Shown one piece after another: positions 1 to 13,807 of a DNA stretch of 64,000 bases. Each line of letters opens with the position of its first letter. Within the stretch, counting starts at the first letter, position 1. This DNA comes from Cetorhinus maximus (Eukaryota), in NCBI RefSeq assembly GCF_964194155.1, contig NC_135887.1, positions 48,422,001 through 48,486,000 on the forward strand, written 5' to 3'. Under the pieces are notes generated by a model. That model worked only from the letters and a program-made list of their open reading frames with translations. It did not search any database and was not told where the DNA came from. The translations under genes were made by a program, and so were the position numbers.

Positions 1-412
1 AATTCTCAAGAAACTTGAATTACTAGGTTTCTTGTTCCCCCAATCTTATTGCTTTAGAACTTGACTGATGCCACAGTTATTTCCAGTCACCAGCAGCTCT
101 CCCAATTGATCCAAGACAAAGGTGTGTTAACAAGCCAATGAACCAATGTGCATTTTTCACCAGGAGCCACTGGATAATGATCAGATGTGGAAACCATGAT
201 TGCTTTTCACTGTCCTTGATAGCCCAGGGGCCCCAAATCCAATTACGGTTGCTCTGCTGCTACTGACTGGAAAAAGCAAATTCAGTACAAACCAGGAATT
301 AAATCAGAAATTTCCCAGTTCTTTGTGGGTCACAGGCTGCTACAATTTACCTCCAGTTCAGCAAGTTAAAGTGATCTTTAGTCACGATGAGGTACTCCTG
401 TAGAATGATAAT

Positions 413-1150
413 GAGCCGGATTTTGCTGTGAAAATATGGTGAAGTTAATTGCACTCAACTTTATGTGCAAATTGGATAACATATGCTGACTTCACACGCA
501 CCATTAAATGTGGAAATCTGGAAGTTGCTGTTTGAGATGTAATGTTCTGCTGTAAACTTCCTGAAAACAGCATCACGCCATCTGATCCACCATTTAAATA
601 TTCTGAATGGCGTGAAGTTGCTGGACTTAACCCATAGAAATGGATTAAGCTCGCCAGAGTTAGGGTTATTCATTCCAGTTTAAATACCCTTTTAATGGTG
701 TTGTAGGTCTTAATTACAACTAAACAAAATGTCTGACACTGAAAATTAACTTTTACAAGTGTGGAATCTCATTCTTACAGTTTTTAATAGTTGCCAAGAG
801 ATTTAAAAAATACAAAGTAAAACTTTTTTTGTCCTTTTTTCTCCTCTCCCTCAATCCAATCTTTCTTTCCTTCTCTCCTCATTTCCTGTTCTACACTTGA
901 TTTGACATTGAATTCAATATTCCAACTTAACATTTTCTGGTTCAAACTCCGTGCTGCTCATTACCAAACTTTCAATCTGACTGGCTGAAGAGATACTGTT
1001 GTTTTCCCTGTTCTTACGTATTCCAGATATAGTGACTTTGGATATTAGGTTGATAACAATTTGCAAAACGTGAAAAGTCAATGGGCAAGTGGTATTGAAG
1101 GCATAATTCTGGCATATGGGAATGAGCTTGGACAAGTTGTATCTGCATGA
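413..1150. mobile_element. Related MITE-like element in the opposite orientation
   Basis: Starts aat|gagccggattttgc; ctcaatccaatctttctttc is shared with 7380-7445. Right end not resolved. Confidence 0.45.
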
Positions 1151-2039
1151 ACACTGGGATCTTTATGCATGGTTATAAATTGGCCTTAGACAGCTTTTTA
1201 CTATGAATAGTTTTTCTCTATAATACTTCCCTGACTATTTTAAAAACTGATTTTTAAATCACAAGTGCTAGAATTCAGCACCGAATCCTTTCAAGTGAGA
1301 ATTGCTATGGAAACCAGCATTCTCTGGTTGAGCATGTACATTCCAGGCAACTCTTCTGCTCTGTTCTTTGAAAATGCCACTCCCGATCAGGCACACATGT
1401 TTTAATGATTTATAAACAGCCAAGCCAGGATCAGAAAATAAGAAAAATAAATTTAGTTAAGATTTTTCTGTTTAGAAAGCCAGTTAATTTTATGTCTGAT
1501 CACAGCTAAAGTTGTGTATGAGAATGTACTCGTAATGCTAAGGCCAATGAATAAACTGGTAATTTACTGACTCACATTAAGTATTTCCATCAATTTAATG
1601 CTAGCTCACCCTATGACCTAATGGGTGAAGGCTGCTCTGTCAATGAATCACACAGAAACAGGTTCTATAGTTGAGGGGGTCCTGTTCTTAATCCTTAACC
1701 AATAGCCTGTGTGGACAAGACTTGTGTGTGAATGTCAGTAAGGACAGGTTCAGGCTTGGATCTACTGTCCTTCAGGGTACAATGACCAGCTAACAGTCAC
1801 TGTCTGAACTCTCATAAGGAATGGTTAGTATCCTGAAAATGGTGGAGGGCATACAGTACTGATGGGATCATCTTATCCCAGCAATAATATGCATGGTGGG
1901 AGAGGAGCGAAGATCATACTGCTGGTAATTAAAGCAATTACATCATTTTAATACCTTCACACAGAGAGATAAGTTTTATAATGTACATCGAGATGTTGGC
2001 TTGAATACAAGTGAAAGGGAGTGAGATGGAAGCTTTCAT

Positions 2040-3340
2040 GAATTGTTAAGATACTGTACGTAAAAGAAGCCTTCCATAATTGACAATAGGGGAGGAACTG
2101 CTGGATTTAAATGGTTTTTTTTAACTAACAAGATGGAAGCCCAGCGAATTAAGGGGAAAGATAGTGGAATGAATGCAAAATTGGCTCAGTGTGACTGGAA
2201 GCCAAACGTGGTGGTGGATGGATGTTTTCCAGACGGACAGGTGGTTTGCAATGATGTTTGCCAAAAGTTACTTATGCAATTCGTATAGACCACCTACACT
2301 CAGATGTAGGAACAGCTGTATAAATTTAGCAGATGATATGAAATTGGCAAAGTAGTAGACTGTGATGAGAATAGTTATCGGCATCAAGATGGCACGAGAA
2401 GAGTAATGAAATGGGTAGAGGCATGGCAGCTGCAGTTCAACACGCAGAAACCGGACTTGTAAGAGACATTATGGAGGAAAGATTTCAAGGAAAAAGATGA
2501 GAGGAAGAAAGGGAATATCAATGCTGGATAGCTTGAAAATTGAAGGAAGTTATTGAAAAGTGAAAAGACTGGCACAGGTTAGAGAGACTTTGAGCCAAGG
2601 ACCTGCTTTCAGGCAGAGCACACATGATGCTGAAGTGTGCAGAAAAACCATGAGTGTGCATATACATAAAAGAGGCAGGGCATATTAATGAGGTGGTTAA
2701 AAATGCACATGGATTACTTGGGGTTATAAACAGAGGAATAGATCATAAAAACAAATCATATTAGAACATTATAAATCATTGGTTAGGCCTCAGCTGGTGT
2801 ACTGTGGGCAGTTCTGGCCACCACACATTAGGAAAGATGCAAGCCTTAGAAATGCAACAGAGGAGGTTTACCTGGATGTTACCAGGGATGAGGAACTTTA
2901 GTTATGCAGAATGGTTGGATAGCTCAGGTCTATTCCCTTGGAACAGGGAAGGTTAAGTGGTGACATAATAGAGGTTTTCAAGATGCCGAGAAGTTCTGGG
3001 CAGATGGAGAACAATGATTCCCTCTCGCTGGTGAGTAAATAACTAGAGGTCACAGATTCAGAATAACTGGCCAAAGATCTGGAGGGAAGAATAGGAGAAT
3101 ATTTTTCATTTAGAATTTTCAGGATCTGGAACACATTACCAGAGCACAAAAGTTAGTGGAAGCTGATTCCATTAATAATTTAAAAAAAGGGAGTTGGACA
3201 GGTACTTGAAAATGAGGAACTTGCAGGTTCAAAAGGCCGGATTGTGGAAGCAAGCATGATTGCTCTTTCAAAGAGTCAGCAAAGGCATGACAGATCAAAC
3301 AATCTCCCCTGTACTGCAAGTTTCTGCGCTTCTATGATTC
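2040..3340 (+). mobile_element. Decayed CR1 RT/3' fragments
   Basis: ADDMKL motif; ..LVRPQLVYCGQFWPPH..; GDIIEVFK; CR1-type 3' tail. Confidence 0.7.
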
Positions 3341-5319
3341 TCTGCTGCTCTTGGAACTCAAAGAGGGGGGGTCACTTTACAACCTACCAATAGTGTAGCA
3401 GGCTCAGGGATACATATAATATCCTCTCGGTCTTCACATAATATCCCTTCTGTCTTGATAATTAATTTGATTTATGCAATACATTTATTATGGAACCAGT
3501 TGGGTTAGATTGTGAATGAGGCCAAAAACTTGGGGCCATAAATACAAGATGATCACCAACAACATTCCCTTGGGAATATGCCAAACAAGAATTAAACAGG
3601 CCACACACAACAGCAATCACTTTTAAGTGCCTACATGTGACTGTGTGACAATCGTAAAGGGACTGTGCAGTGCAACAAATGGGCTGCGCACAGTGAAGGG
3701 GAATTAGAGGCAATGTTGGTCAGCAATAAATCCAGAAGGGATTCAGCAGAAACAAGAGTGGTTAGAATGTAGAACTCGCTATCACAAAGAGCAGCTGAGG
3801 CGAGTAGCATACAGGCATTGAAAGGCAAGCTAAATAAGTTCATTAGGCAGAAAGTAATTGCAGAATTTGTTGATAGGATGAGATGAAGTCAGGTGGGAGG
3901 AGGATCATGTGGAGCATTAACACCCGCATAGACCAGCTGGATCACATGGCACATCTCTGTGCTGTAATTACTATGTATGTTGGACAAGTGGAAGCTGGAT
4001 GGGTTTAATGGCGTACTATGGTCCTCTGTGGATGTGTTCCAGTGCAGCTGGATTCCGCGAGAGTCCTAATCACGCTGTCATTGTGTGATGTTGGTTTATA
4101 ATGGTTAGGATTTGAACACACTCTTTGAATGAGGTTTCAGAGAAAAACAGCTCCTGTAATTAGAATGTGATATAATAATATCTCTAATGCACCAAAAATA
4201 CTCCCTAAATCATTCTGAATGGCATTAGTAGTAAAAATCTGACAACTGCAAACAAGGAAAAAAAATACCAAGCACAATATATAATTCCCAGCTATCCTGT
4301 GTTGAAGTGAACACCGAAGGATTCTGTCAGGAAGGACTGCAAATGATTCCACCCATCTCTTGACGCTCAGCATACCCACGCTTGTCAGGTGCTATGCAAA
4401 CAGTATTCTGGTACTTTGAAATAGCTGTCTTAGTAAATTAGTGTTGGAATCCCCAGTTGTGGTTAAAGTGGTCACAAATTTGATCCCCAGTCTGTGCTAA
4501 ATTACCTGATCACAGTAAATACAAAGGCACAGTGCCACAATTGATCAAAGTGCCTGGGTTAGTAGGGCCAAGGTTCCTATTCCTCACCACTATCCAGTGA
4601 CTTCTGCCAGATACTACAACTAAAAGACAGGCTCAGACTTGCCAAAAATAGTCCGAACAGTTGAATAGTCTGCAAACACTTAGCATCTGGTTCACAAGTT
4701 CAGAATTTGGGCAAGGTGCTACACAATAAGCATGTGCATAGGATCATATCCCAGCAACAAATGGAGGGGAAAGAGGAGATGAAAGATTTCTAAATGGCAT
4801 GATAAATATGAGATTTCTCTGCACTTATACTCTCTTGCCTCCAATTTCTGTTGGTGTTCTCCTGATTATTCCCCAAAATTCCAATGGAACCCCTGGAGAA
4901 ATGGCATGAACTGCCACAGGATTGAAACAAGTCTCAAAGTAACAAATGACATCCTACCTAACTATAACAGTGGCAAACTATCCCACCTGTCTGAGGCCAT
5001 TGACATAGTTGAGCACACCATCCTCCTTCAATATCTCACCTCTACCAGCAAGCGAGCTAGGACTCCCCTGCCCTGGTTCCATTCTCATCTATCCAGTTGT
5101 ATCTAGTAAAGCACCTGCAATGGCTTCTCTTCCTGTTCCACCATTGGTATCTCTGAAGTCTCCCCCCACAGCCTCTCCCCGGTCTATCCTTGGCCTCCTA
5201 TTTCTCATTCATATGTTGCCCTTTGGAGACATCACAAAAATAAAATGTCACGTTCCACATGTATGCTGACAACACACAACTCAATAAATGAAAGAATTGC
5301 ATTTATATACTTCCAGACC

Positions 5320-5770
5320 ATACCTGCACTGGAGAGGGTGCAGAGGAGATTCACCAGGATATTGCTTGGGCTGGAGCATTTCAGCTATGAAGAAAGACTG
5401 GATAGGCTAAGGGTTGTTTTCCTTAGAGCAGAGAAGGCTGGGGACCTGATAGAGGTATACAAAATTATGAGGGGCATAGATAGGGTAGATAGGAAGAAAC
5501 TTTTCTTCTTAGCAGAGGTGTCAATAATCAGGGGGCATAGATAGAGGGGATTTGAAGAAAAATCTTTTCACCCAGATGGTGGTTGGAATCTGGAACACAC
5601 TGCCTGAGGGGTGGTAGAGGCAGGAACCCTCACAACATTTTAGTAGTATTTAGATGAGCATTTGAAACGCCATAGCATACTGGGCCAAGTGCTGGAAAAT
5701 GGGATCAGAACAGATAGGTGCTTGATGGCCAGCACGGACACGATGGGGCTGTTTCTGTGCTGTATAACAA
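5320..5770 (+). mobile_element. CR1 3' fragment inserted in an L2-like relic (~4900-6290)
   Basis: ALERVQRRFTR..YEERLDRL..GDLIEVYKIMRG; the flanks carry L2-like KVTNDIL/LGLLF motifs and a tail. Confidence 0.8.
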
Positions 5771-7170
5771 TGGCTATCATTAGTCCAGGTTACTAGTCCA
5801 GTGACATAAGTCCTATGCGACTATACCCTTTCATAAAACGTGTGCTCAGCCAAAGCTCTGCTATTTCCCAATTCACACCAAATCTCCTTCACCCATTATC
5901 CCTGTGCTCATAGCCCTATTTTGGCTCCCAATCTATTCTTGTTGTTTTCAGATCCTTCCATGGACTCATACCTCCCTATCTCCAACCTACTCCTGTCCTA
6001 CACCCTCAGATCTCAGTGCCTGTTCCATTTTATTCTCTTGCTCACCCTCCAATTTAGCTGCTTCACCATAGGTGGCCATGATTTCATCTGCCTAGGTCCT
6101 AAACTCTGGAATTTGCTTCCTAATCTCTGTCTCTCTATCTTCTTTAAAACTCTCCCTTTGACCAAGCTTTTAGTTATCTGTTGTGATATCACCTTATGTA
6201 GTTCAGTGCCAAATTTTGTTTGATAATGTTCCTGTGAAGTGCCTTGGGATATTTATTATGTATAGGTGCTATATTAATGCTAGCTGTTGTAGTAAAAAGG
6301 CATTCGTGTTGTTTCTCCAGGGTTTCTGTCAAACTCACTGATAATCTGTAGAATTCCTGTGGAAATGCTACCACCTTCATCTCAGCTCTTACACTGTGTA
6401 AAGGGCTTTCTTCCTATATATCCATTTTAAAATTAAAATTGGTACATTCTGCTATAATCAAACTAAAATTGTTCAGAATCCTGACATTAAATCAACTCTA
6501 TATAACATGCTGAAAAATAAAATTACATAGCATAGTTCAATTGCTTATTACTTATTGAGCTAAGTGATATATGACTGATGTGAATTTTCTCTCTCCAAAT
6601 TAAGTCCATTTTACACAAAGCGCAGCAACTTGAACTCGACAGAATGGTGAACATATAAGACTAGTTTTGCACAGTGCAGCTTAATTAAATTATAATCCCA
6701 TGACATGCCTTACTCTAAAAATACAGAACATTCGTAAAGCCTGGCTCTGCAGTTTGTTTGACAAGCCCCATTAAGAATTCAGTATTACATACTAAATTAT
6801 ATAATTAAAGGTTGGCATTTTTGCCTCAGCCCATCAGGTTCAACTGGACAGATTTTTAATGTCTTCCAGAAACACAAAGTAGTCATTAAAATGCATGGCA
6901 AAGTCGGTTTCCCTACACACAGTTGCAGTTGATGTTTAACTTGAGTAAACCTGATTTGTTCGTACACTAATCCAGTCAGGACATGGCTGAGAGAATGCTA
7001 AAATCTGTCTGGAGAATATCAGTTTTTTCAGGCATCCCTCATTTGTGTATGTAGCTTTTCATACAAGCCGCAGATAAGTAGAATGAAGGCTGATGTGGCT
7101 TGCCATATTTTGGACAAACATAAGAGGACAAACTCTACTGTGCTTGCCATATCCTGCAGCTGACCTAATT

Positions 7171-7785
7171 GGCCTAGATTTTCTTGAGTGGGGCATCTCA
7201 TTGTGTACTGTTTGTTGTGCTGTTTCCTGTACTGTTCAACTCAAAAATTGTTTACCTGCAAGTTGCTGGATGAGTGAGCTGTTAACGGTGTGGCAGGGCA
7301 TCTGGGGTCTTAGTGAACGATCGGACCAACTTAACCACTGAGACAGAGATTGAGAAAGAAACAGGGATGACAGAGGAGGAGGGTGAATTGGAATCAGGTA
7401 CAGAAAAAGAAATAAAGAGAGTGAAAGAAAGATTGGATTGAGAAAACGATAAAAAGATGGAAAGGAAAAATATTTCAAAAATAAAAGTTCTAAATTAAAA
7501 GATGACTTTACTACTGCAATAATGAGATTCAAGAGTTTAAATAGTTCCCTGCCTGGGCTGGAGAGGTTAATAAAACCCAGCTCTAACTTAATTCGAGTTT
7601 AATGTGCAAACCCACCAAGTTCTTAATAGTAAGGGGAGGTTGAGGGCAAGCTGTTGTTTTCATGAGGCTAACGGCGGAGTAGGGCAATTCATTATTCACA
7701 GGTATCCCTTCCTCAACATAAGTCGTTGGATAAACGCATTAGTAAGTAATATTAAACTTGTTAGCTTGGCAGCAAATTTTGGACC
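7171..7785. mobile_element. MITE-like non-autonomous DNA transposon (probably Harbinger/Tourist type)
   Basis: Imperfect TIRs ggcctagatttt / caaattttggacc; TSD att (7168-7170, 7786-7788); internal similarity to 840-915 in inverted orientation. Confidence 0.55.
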
Positions 7786-7939
7786 ATTAAATCGTATAAT
7801 TTTTTTGAAGAGAGCCTGGTGTTAAATTTGGTTTCAAATGGTCTAATAATTTTAATCTACATAGCTGAGATAGATTCCCATTGAGTACTGAAAATTTAGG
7901 TCTGAATTATCTAAATTTAGGTCTGATTTAAATTGATTA

Positions 7940-9095
7940 AAAGGAGTTAATAGGATAGATAGAGTGAAACTATTTTTTCTGGTTCGTGAATCAAGAATAA
8001 GGGGTCATAACCTTAAAATTAAAGCTCAACCATTCAGCGTTTGCATGATTACATAGGACATAGACCACAGAACCAGGCCATTTAGCCCAACTAGTCCATG
8101 TCAGTTTTTATGTCCAGCTCAAGCCTCCTCCCATTCTTCCTCATCTAACTCCCTCAGCAAAACCTTCTATTTCCCTCTCCCTCATATTTATCTAGCTTTC
8201 CCATAAATGTATCTATACTGTTCACCTCAACTACTCCCTGCACTCTCTGGGTAAAGGAGATTCTTCTGAATTCCCCATTTGTTTTCTTGGTGACTCGTAT
8301 TGATGACGTCTACATATGCTCTTTTCCACAAGTGGAAATGTTCTCTTTGTATCCACTCTATCAAAACCTTTCAAAATTTTAAAGACCTCTGTAATGTCCA
8401 CTATCAGCCTTCTCTTTTCAAGAGAAAAGTGACCCAGCCTGTTCATCCTTTCCTAATAGGTCGCAGTTTTAGTATCACAGTTGTATATACTTTTTGCACG
8501 CTCTCCAGTGCTTCTAAATCCTTTCTGTAACATGGTGACCAGAATTTCTCTCAGTACTCAAGTTTGGTCTAATCAAGGTTCAATGCAAGTTTAGCACAAC
8601 TTCTCTATTTTTCAATTCTACCCTCCTAGAAATAAACCCTAGTGCCTGGGTTGCCTTTTTTTGGGGGCTTTATTAACCTGCCTTGCTACATTTAGTGATT
8701 TATGCATTTTACTCCCAAATCCCTTTGCTCCACTACCCCATTTAGATTATTTCCCAAGTAATATGTGACCGTCCTAATCTTCTTACCTAAACGTAATACT
8801 AAAAAGTTGAAATTCATTTGCCTACTATATGCCAGGATGATGTCATGAAGTACCTCTTTGTGTACACAAAGCGTTGTGGAAATCTGGAACACTCTCCCCT
8901 AAAAAGCTGTGAATGCTGGAGGGGTCAACTAAAATCTTCAAAACAGTGATTGATATATTTTTGATAGGGAACAGTATTAAGGGGTATGGAACCAAGGCAG
9001 GTAAATGAAGTTAAGATATCGATTAGCCATGATCTAATTGAAGGAAAGAAAAAGCTTGATGTGCTGAATCTCTTATTCCTGTTCCCATGTTCCTT
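7940..9095. mobile_element. Nested CR1 3' fragments (minus copy 8050-8850 inside a plus copy)
   Basis: RLGHFSLEKRRLIVDITEVFKILKG; CR1 tails on both strands. Confidence 0.75.
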
Positions 9096-10992
9096 TCTAA
9101 ATACTGTGACTATTCAAATCAAATGGAGGGAACTACTTTAAGTCTCTATTGGACATGTGGTTATGTACCAATCTGTGATGAGGTGACATGTTTTGATTTT
9201 TCTCATTAACTCATAAGGTGAGGAACCTGTTCTAGACTCTGGGATTCATCTGTAAGAGAACAGAGAACTAGCCTGTGTCAAAGAGAAACATGGAAATTAC
9301 TGCGTGCCTTATCACCTAGCAAGTACTTCTGCAAAGATCTCTTCACAATCTATACACTTCTTTCTATTTCTCACTATTCAATGCTAGGTGACATGGTAAT
9401 GTTAGAGTGTGTTTGACTCCATTCTCACCCAGAAATATTTCAAACTCTTCTGACGTAAACTATGGACCATACCTGGCACCATTATCTCTGGCGACCCATA
9501 AATTGCAAACCAATTTTTCAAAACCTTAATAGTTTTGGCACTTGTGGATATTGGGCATAGACTCAACATTTATCTATTTGCTATAGCTATCGACCATAAC
9601 AATGTACTCTTTCCCTTCCACTTCAAAGAAATTGGAATGTATTTGTTTTCATGGTTGTCTTGTGTTTGACCATGGAATAAAAGGAACCTTGGTTGGATCA
9701 TTTTTCATTCTAAGTCACACTTCACAACTTCTCACCAACTCTTCAATATCTCTATTTACCTTTGGATACCAAAAATAACTTCTTGCTACTGTTTTCATAT
9801 GGAAAATCCCAGTGTGCTCTTGAAGAAGTTCCTCTAACAATCTCTCTCTAAACCTTGGCGGAATAATGATTCTTAAGCCCCATTGGAGACAGCCTTGATC
9901 TACACAGTTGATTTCTACACAATTGATGTGTGAAATGCTCCTGCAATTTATCATCACATGCCTTAGGTTAGCCATTCATAACATAATTGAGCACTTTACT
10001 GAGCAAAATTTGCAAGTTTCTTCACTCATTTCACTGGCAGGCACTGGCATGTTATTTGTGTATGTAAAGTAATTCCCAGATAATTCAGTGGCTGAAAATG
10101 AACCAGCCTTCACTGGAAATCCTGAAATAATTTGCATGATCTGCTGGCTTATAATATTTAATTTCATACTAATCGCTAATTTTATCATTTGGTCCTCCTT
10201 GCTCAAAGATCGCTTTGTGCTCTCTTAGCACTGTTACTCACAATAAGAGGTTGTGGTGGAAGAATTAATCCAGGCTGGTCTTTTGGTTTAAGCTGGTTTA
10301 TTTTCAAGACAACGCCTCAATGCTACTGATTTCCAAGTAGCTTCCACACAAAGTGTTCCACCTGTATCTTTTTATTCTATTTAGATGGGATAATCAATGC
10401 CCATCACCTGTTTAACTAGCAATTAGTTTTAACAAGGTGATTGCCATATTAACAAGTGCTTCCTCAATGACAGATGTACTCTTACTGATCCCTACTGTAA
10501 ATAACTTGGCCCAGTTTAACCATAATTTCTTAAGCCAATTCCTTCCCATCAGGGAGACGGTGTTCCCTCCTATCACTATCAGTGACAAGTAATAGGATGC
10601 ATCATGGTATTCCATCCTAACACTAACTTCACCTAATACTGGAATACTGTTATTGGAATAACTTAGACAGTTTCACACCAATTTTGTGTAAGGGAATGTG
10701 ACTTAGGGGCTTCTTGGATTCTCCTGGTGAGATAAACACAGCTGCAACTGTAGCAATGCTCAAAGTAAGTTGTGATCTCTTTCATTTTTACTGTGGGAGC
10801 TGGAAATATCTTCAGCTTTTCTACTCTATTCTGCCATGTGCTGCTTTTCTTGCTCTCTGAACAAGTACAACTATTGATTTTTCTGATAAAAACAAAAAGC
10901 TAAAAGCTACTGCGGATGCTGGAAATCCAAAATAAAAACAGAATTACCTGGAAAAACTCAGCAGGTCTGGCAGCATCGGTGGAGAAGAAAAG

Positions 10993-11031
10993 AGTTGACG
11001 TTTCGAGTCCTCATGACCCTTCGGCAGAACT
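10993..11031 (-). ncRNA. Minimal type I hammerhead ribozyme motif (Penelope tail, within a ~10890-11165 insert)
   Basis: agtt-CUGCCGA-a-gggtc/gactc-GAAACGUC-aact. Confidence 0.7.
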
Positions 11032-11666
11032 GAAGTATAGTTAGGAGAGAGGTGAAATATAAGCTGGTCTAAGGTGGGGGGCGGCGGGAGAGAGAAGTTG
11101 AGAGTGGGGTGGTTGTGGGGACAAGCAAGCAGTGATAGGAGCAGATAATCAAAAGATTCCACATCTATCATATTCGAGGATTTCCAGTGACCTCGACCTG
11201 TTGTATGGCTGTGTCCTGGAGCTTTGCCACAGCCTGGAATGTTACTGTTTCCTCTATTCCTGCATGCCATCTGGAGAGGACTGATTTCCCACAGGGATAG
11301 CACTCTAACTGGAAACGGAGGCATTTAAATGGTTGGTGGCTACCATGGCAATGGTAAGATCTAAATTTCTGACTGAGTCTGTGAGCCTGCCCTGGCCAGG
11401 ATCTCACTGATATCCAGTGGACCTCCCCCACTGGCTCAGAAAAAGAACTTCCTTACAATTTACAACTCTCTCTTTCTGCCACTTCCATGGGTGAGGCCTC
11501 AATCGCAGGCCTCCTTCCACATCAGCTTATTCCCTTTGCTCAAAAGCTTGGCCTGAATTTTATTGTTCTTTAGGGATCCTAGAAATCAACCTTAAAAACA
11601 CGTTTATAGCTTGGTGCCATACCCATAGTGACAAGAGAGTTTATTTAATTTGAGAATGTAATCTGC

Positions 11667-11703
11667 GTTCTGTTGAAGGGTCATGAGGACTCGAAACGTC
11701 AAC
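11667..11703 (+). ncRNA. Minimal type I hammerhead ribozyme motif heading a 142-bp insert
   Basis: gtt-CUGUUGA-a-gggtc/gactc-GAAACGUC-aac. Confidence 0.72.
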
Positions 11704-12819
11704 TGTGCTCTCCTCCGCCGATGCTGCCAGACCTGCTGAGTTTTTCCAGGTATTTCTGTTTCTGTTTTTGTTTTGGATTTCCAGCATCCGCAGTTTTTTG
11801 CTTTTATCTCTGCAACAGTCTCACTTGACAACTGCTTCCTTTCACTGAATGTGACCCTCAGTGCAATCTCATTCTTAGTCGTGCCATAATATGAGTCTAG
11901 AATCTCATTAATTTCAGAATAATCCATAGTGCTGGGGTTTCACAGGTAACACTGGTTAAGCACTATCTCAAGAGCATCTGGCCCTATTATGGTGAGGAAA
12001 ACATTTACTTTATCCTCATCTCCTATTTTATTCACTTTCAGCCAAATGTGTAACCTACGTTCGTAATTATACCAGTGCTCTTTGTTAGGGTTGAATTCCA
12101 ACATTGTCCCCAAATACATCTTCAGTACCATTATTTTCAATTCCATTCCGTGCTGACTCATTGTGTACCTGAACATGATGTGCACACATAGCAATCTTTC
12201 AAATTACTCAAACTTCCTAAAAATCAACTTTAGGAGCTCCAAAAAATGTGTCACAATGTTCTTCAGCCCTTAATCTCTCAAAACGAAATGTAAAAGAAAG
12301 TTCTATCCCATCCTTTTCACCATCTTTCTGTTGTGCATTGCACTAAGACTAACACATGCTCAGCTGCAGGCAGCCATTACTGAACTAACTTTATTTACAC
12401 CTCCCCAACAGAGAAGGCAGTAGAGAGATCAATATAACAAAATGTTCAGGTTTGCAATTTATTACAGGAGTGCTCAGAACAGACTCGGGACTGGACCTGG
12501 GACCTTCCTGGTTTAGATTACCTAGCTAGTCTCCACCATCTGGGATATGGGGGAAAATCATTAACAACTCCTAAAATAGAGAAAGGCTTTTCATAAATGA
12601 ACATGTGCCCCATTAGCTGTGGGGATGTTAGTGCAGGGGAACTGAACTCTTCCCATTTCAATGACACGCTGGCAGAATCAACACAACCTGATGTACTGTA
12701 GAGCACCCTCTTCTCTACACTATCAATGCACCTCAGAAGGGTGCCCTCAAATGTACAAGCCTGACATTTTTACTCATTTCCCACTCTGCGCTCCTTGAAG
12801 TGATAATACCAATTGTTTT

Positions 12820-13480
12820 TTTAAATTCATTCACAGCACGTGAGTGTCACTGGCTAGGCCAGCAATTATTGTCCACCCCTAATTGCCCTCGAGAAACCGG
12901 TGATGAGCCACCTTCTTGAACCACTGCACTCATGTAGTGTAGATACACTCAGTGCTGTTAGTGAAGGAACGGCGATATGTTTCCAAGTCAGGATGGCGTG
13001 TGGCTTGGAGGAGAACTTGCAGGTGGTGGTATTCCTATGTGTCTGCTGCCCTTGTCCTTCCAGGTGGTAGAGGACGGGAGTTTGGAAGGTGCTATTGAAG
13101 GAGCCTTGGTGAGTTGCTGCAGTGCATCCTGTAGATGGTACACACTGCCGCCACTGTGCATTGGTGGTGGAGGGAGTGAACATTTAAGGTGTTGGATGGG
13201 GTGCCAATCAAGCGGCTGCCTTTGTCCTGATGGTGTTGAGCTTCTTGAGCGTTGTTGGAGCTGTACTCATCTAAGCAAGTGCACAGGCTTTGGAGAATCA
13301 GAAGGTGAGTTATTTGCTGCAGAATTCCCAGCCTCTGACCTGCTCTTGTAGCCACAGTATTTATATGGTTGGTCGAGTTCAGTTTCTGGTCAATGATAAC
13401 CCCCAGGATGTTGATAGAGGGGATTCAGTGATGGTAATGCAATTGAGTGTCAATGGCATATGGTTAGATTTTTTCTCCTT
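12820..13480 (-). mobile_element. 3' fragment of the same LINE family
   Basis: ATRAGQRLGIL..AVCTIYRMHCSNSPRLL plus the conserved 3' tail. Confidence 0.85.
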
Positions 13481-13807
13481 GGAGACACAAATTAGGGATT
13501 GTTTAGTGATGTAGGCCCATTCCCACTAGGAATTAGACCTTTCCAGTGAACAGATGGAGAATATTTTCAGCTTGTCAGTCTGGACTTGATTCAATAGCCA
13601 GAATTTTAAAACCGGCATGCGGACTCGGCGGGAGCAGGCAGTTGGGAAGCCGACCGCTGCCCACAATCGGCTTCACAACGCCATTTTACGTGGGCGGGCC
13701 AATTAAGAGGGGGCGGGAGCACAATGTCCACTGGGTCCAATGGCAACACGGCGGCCGATTCAAAAGCAGCCATGTGAAGGCTGCCAGTGAAGCAGACGCA
13801 CCTCATC

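Larger units (their letters stand above)
9250..12465 (-). mobile_element. Highly decayed, internally deleted Mag-type Gypsy relic
   Basis: PBS tggtgaaaaggatgggat (12322-12305); gag (EHWYNYERRLHIWLKVN); protease tail (SLMGRNWLKKL); integrase zinc finger (EHTGIFHMKTVARSYFWYP..VRSCEV). RT core and 3' LTR not seen. Confidence 0.75.
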
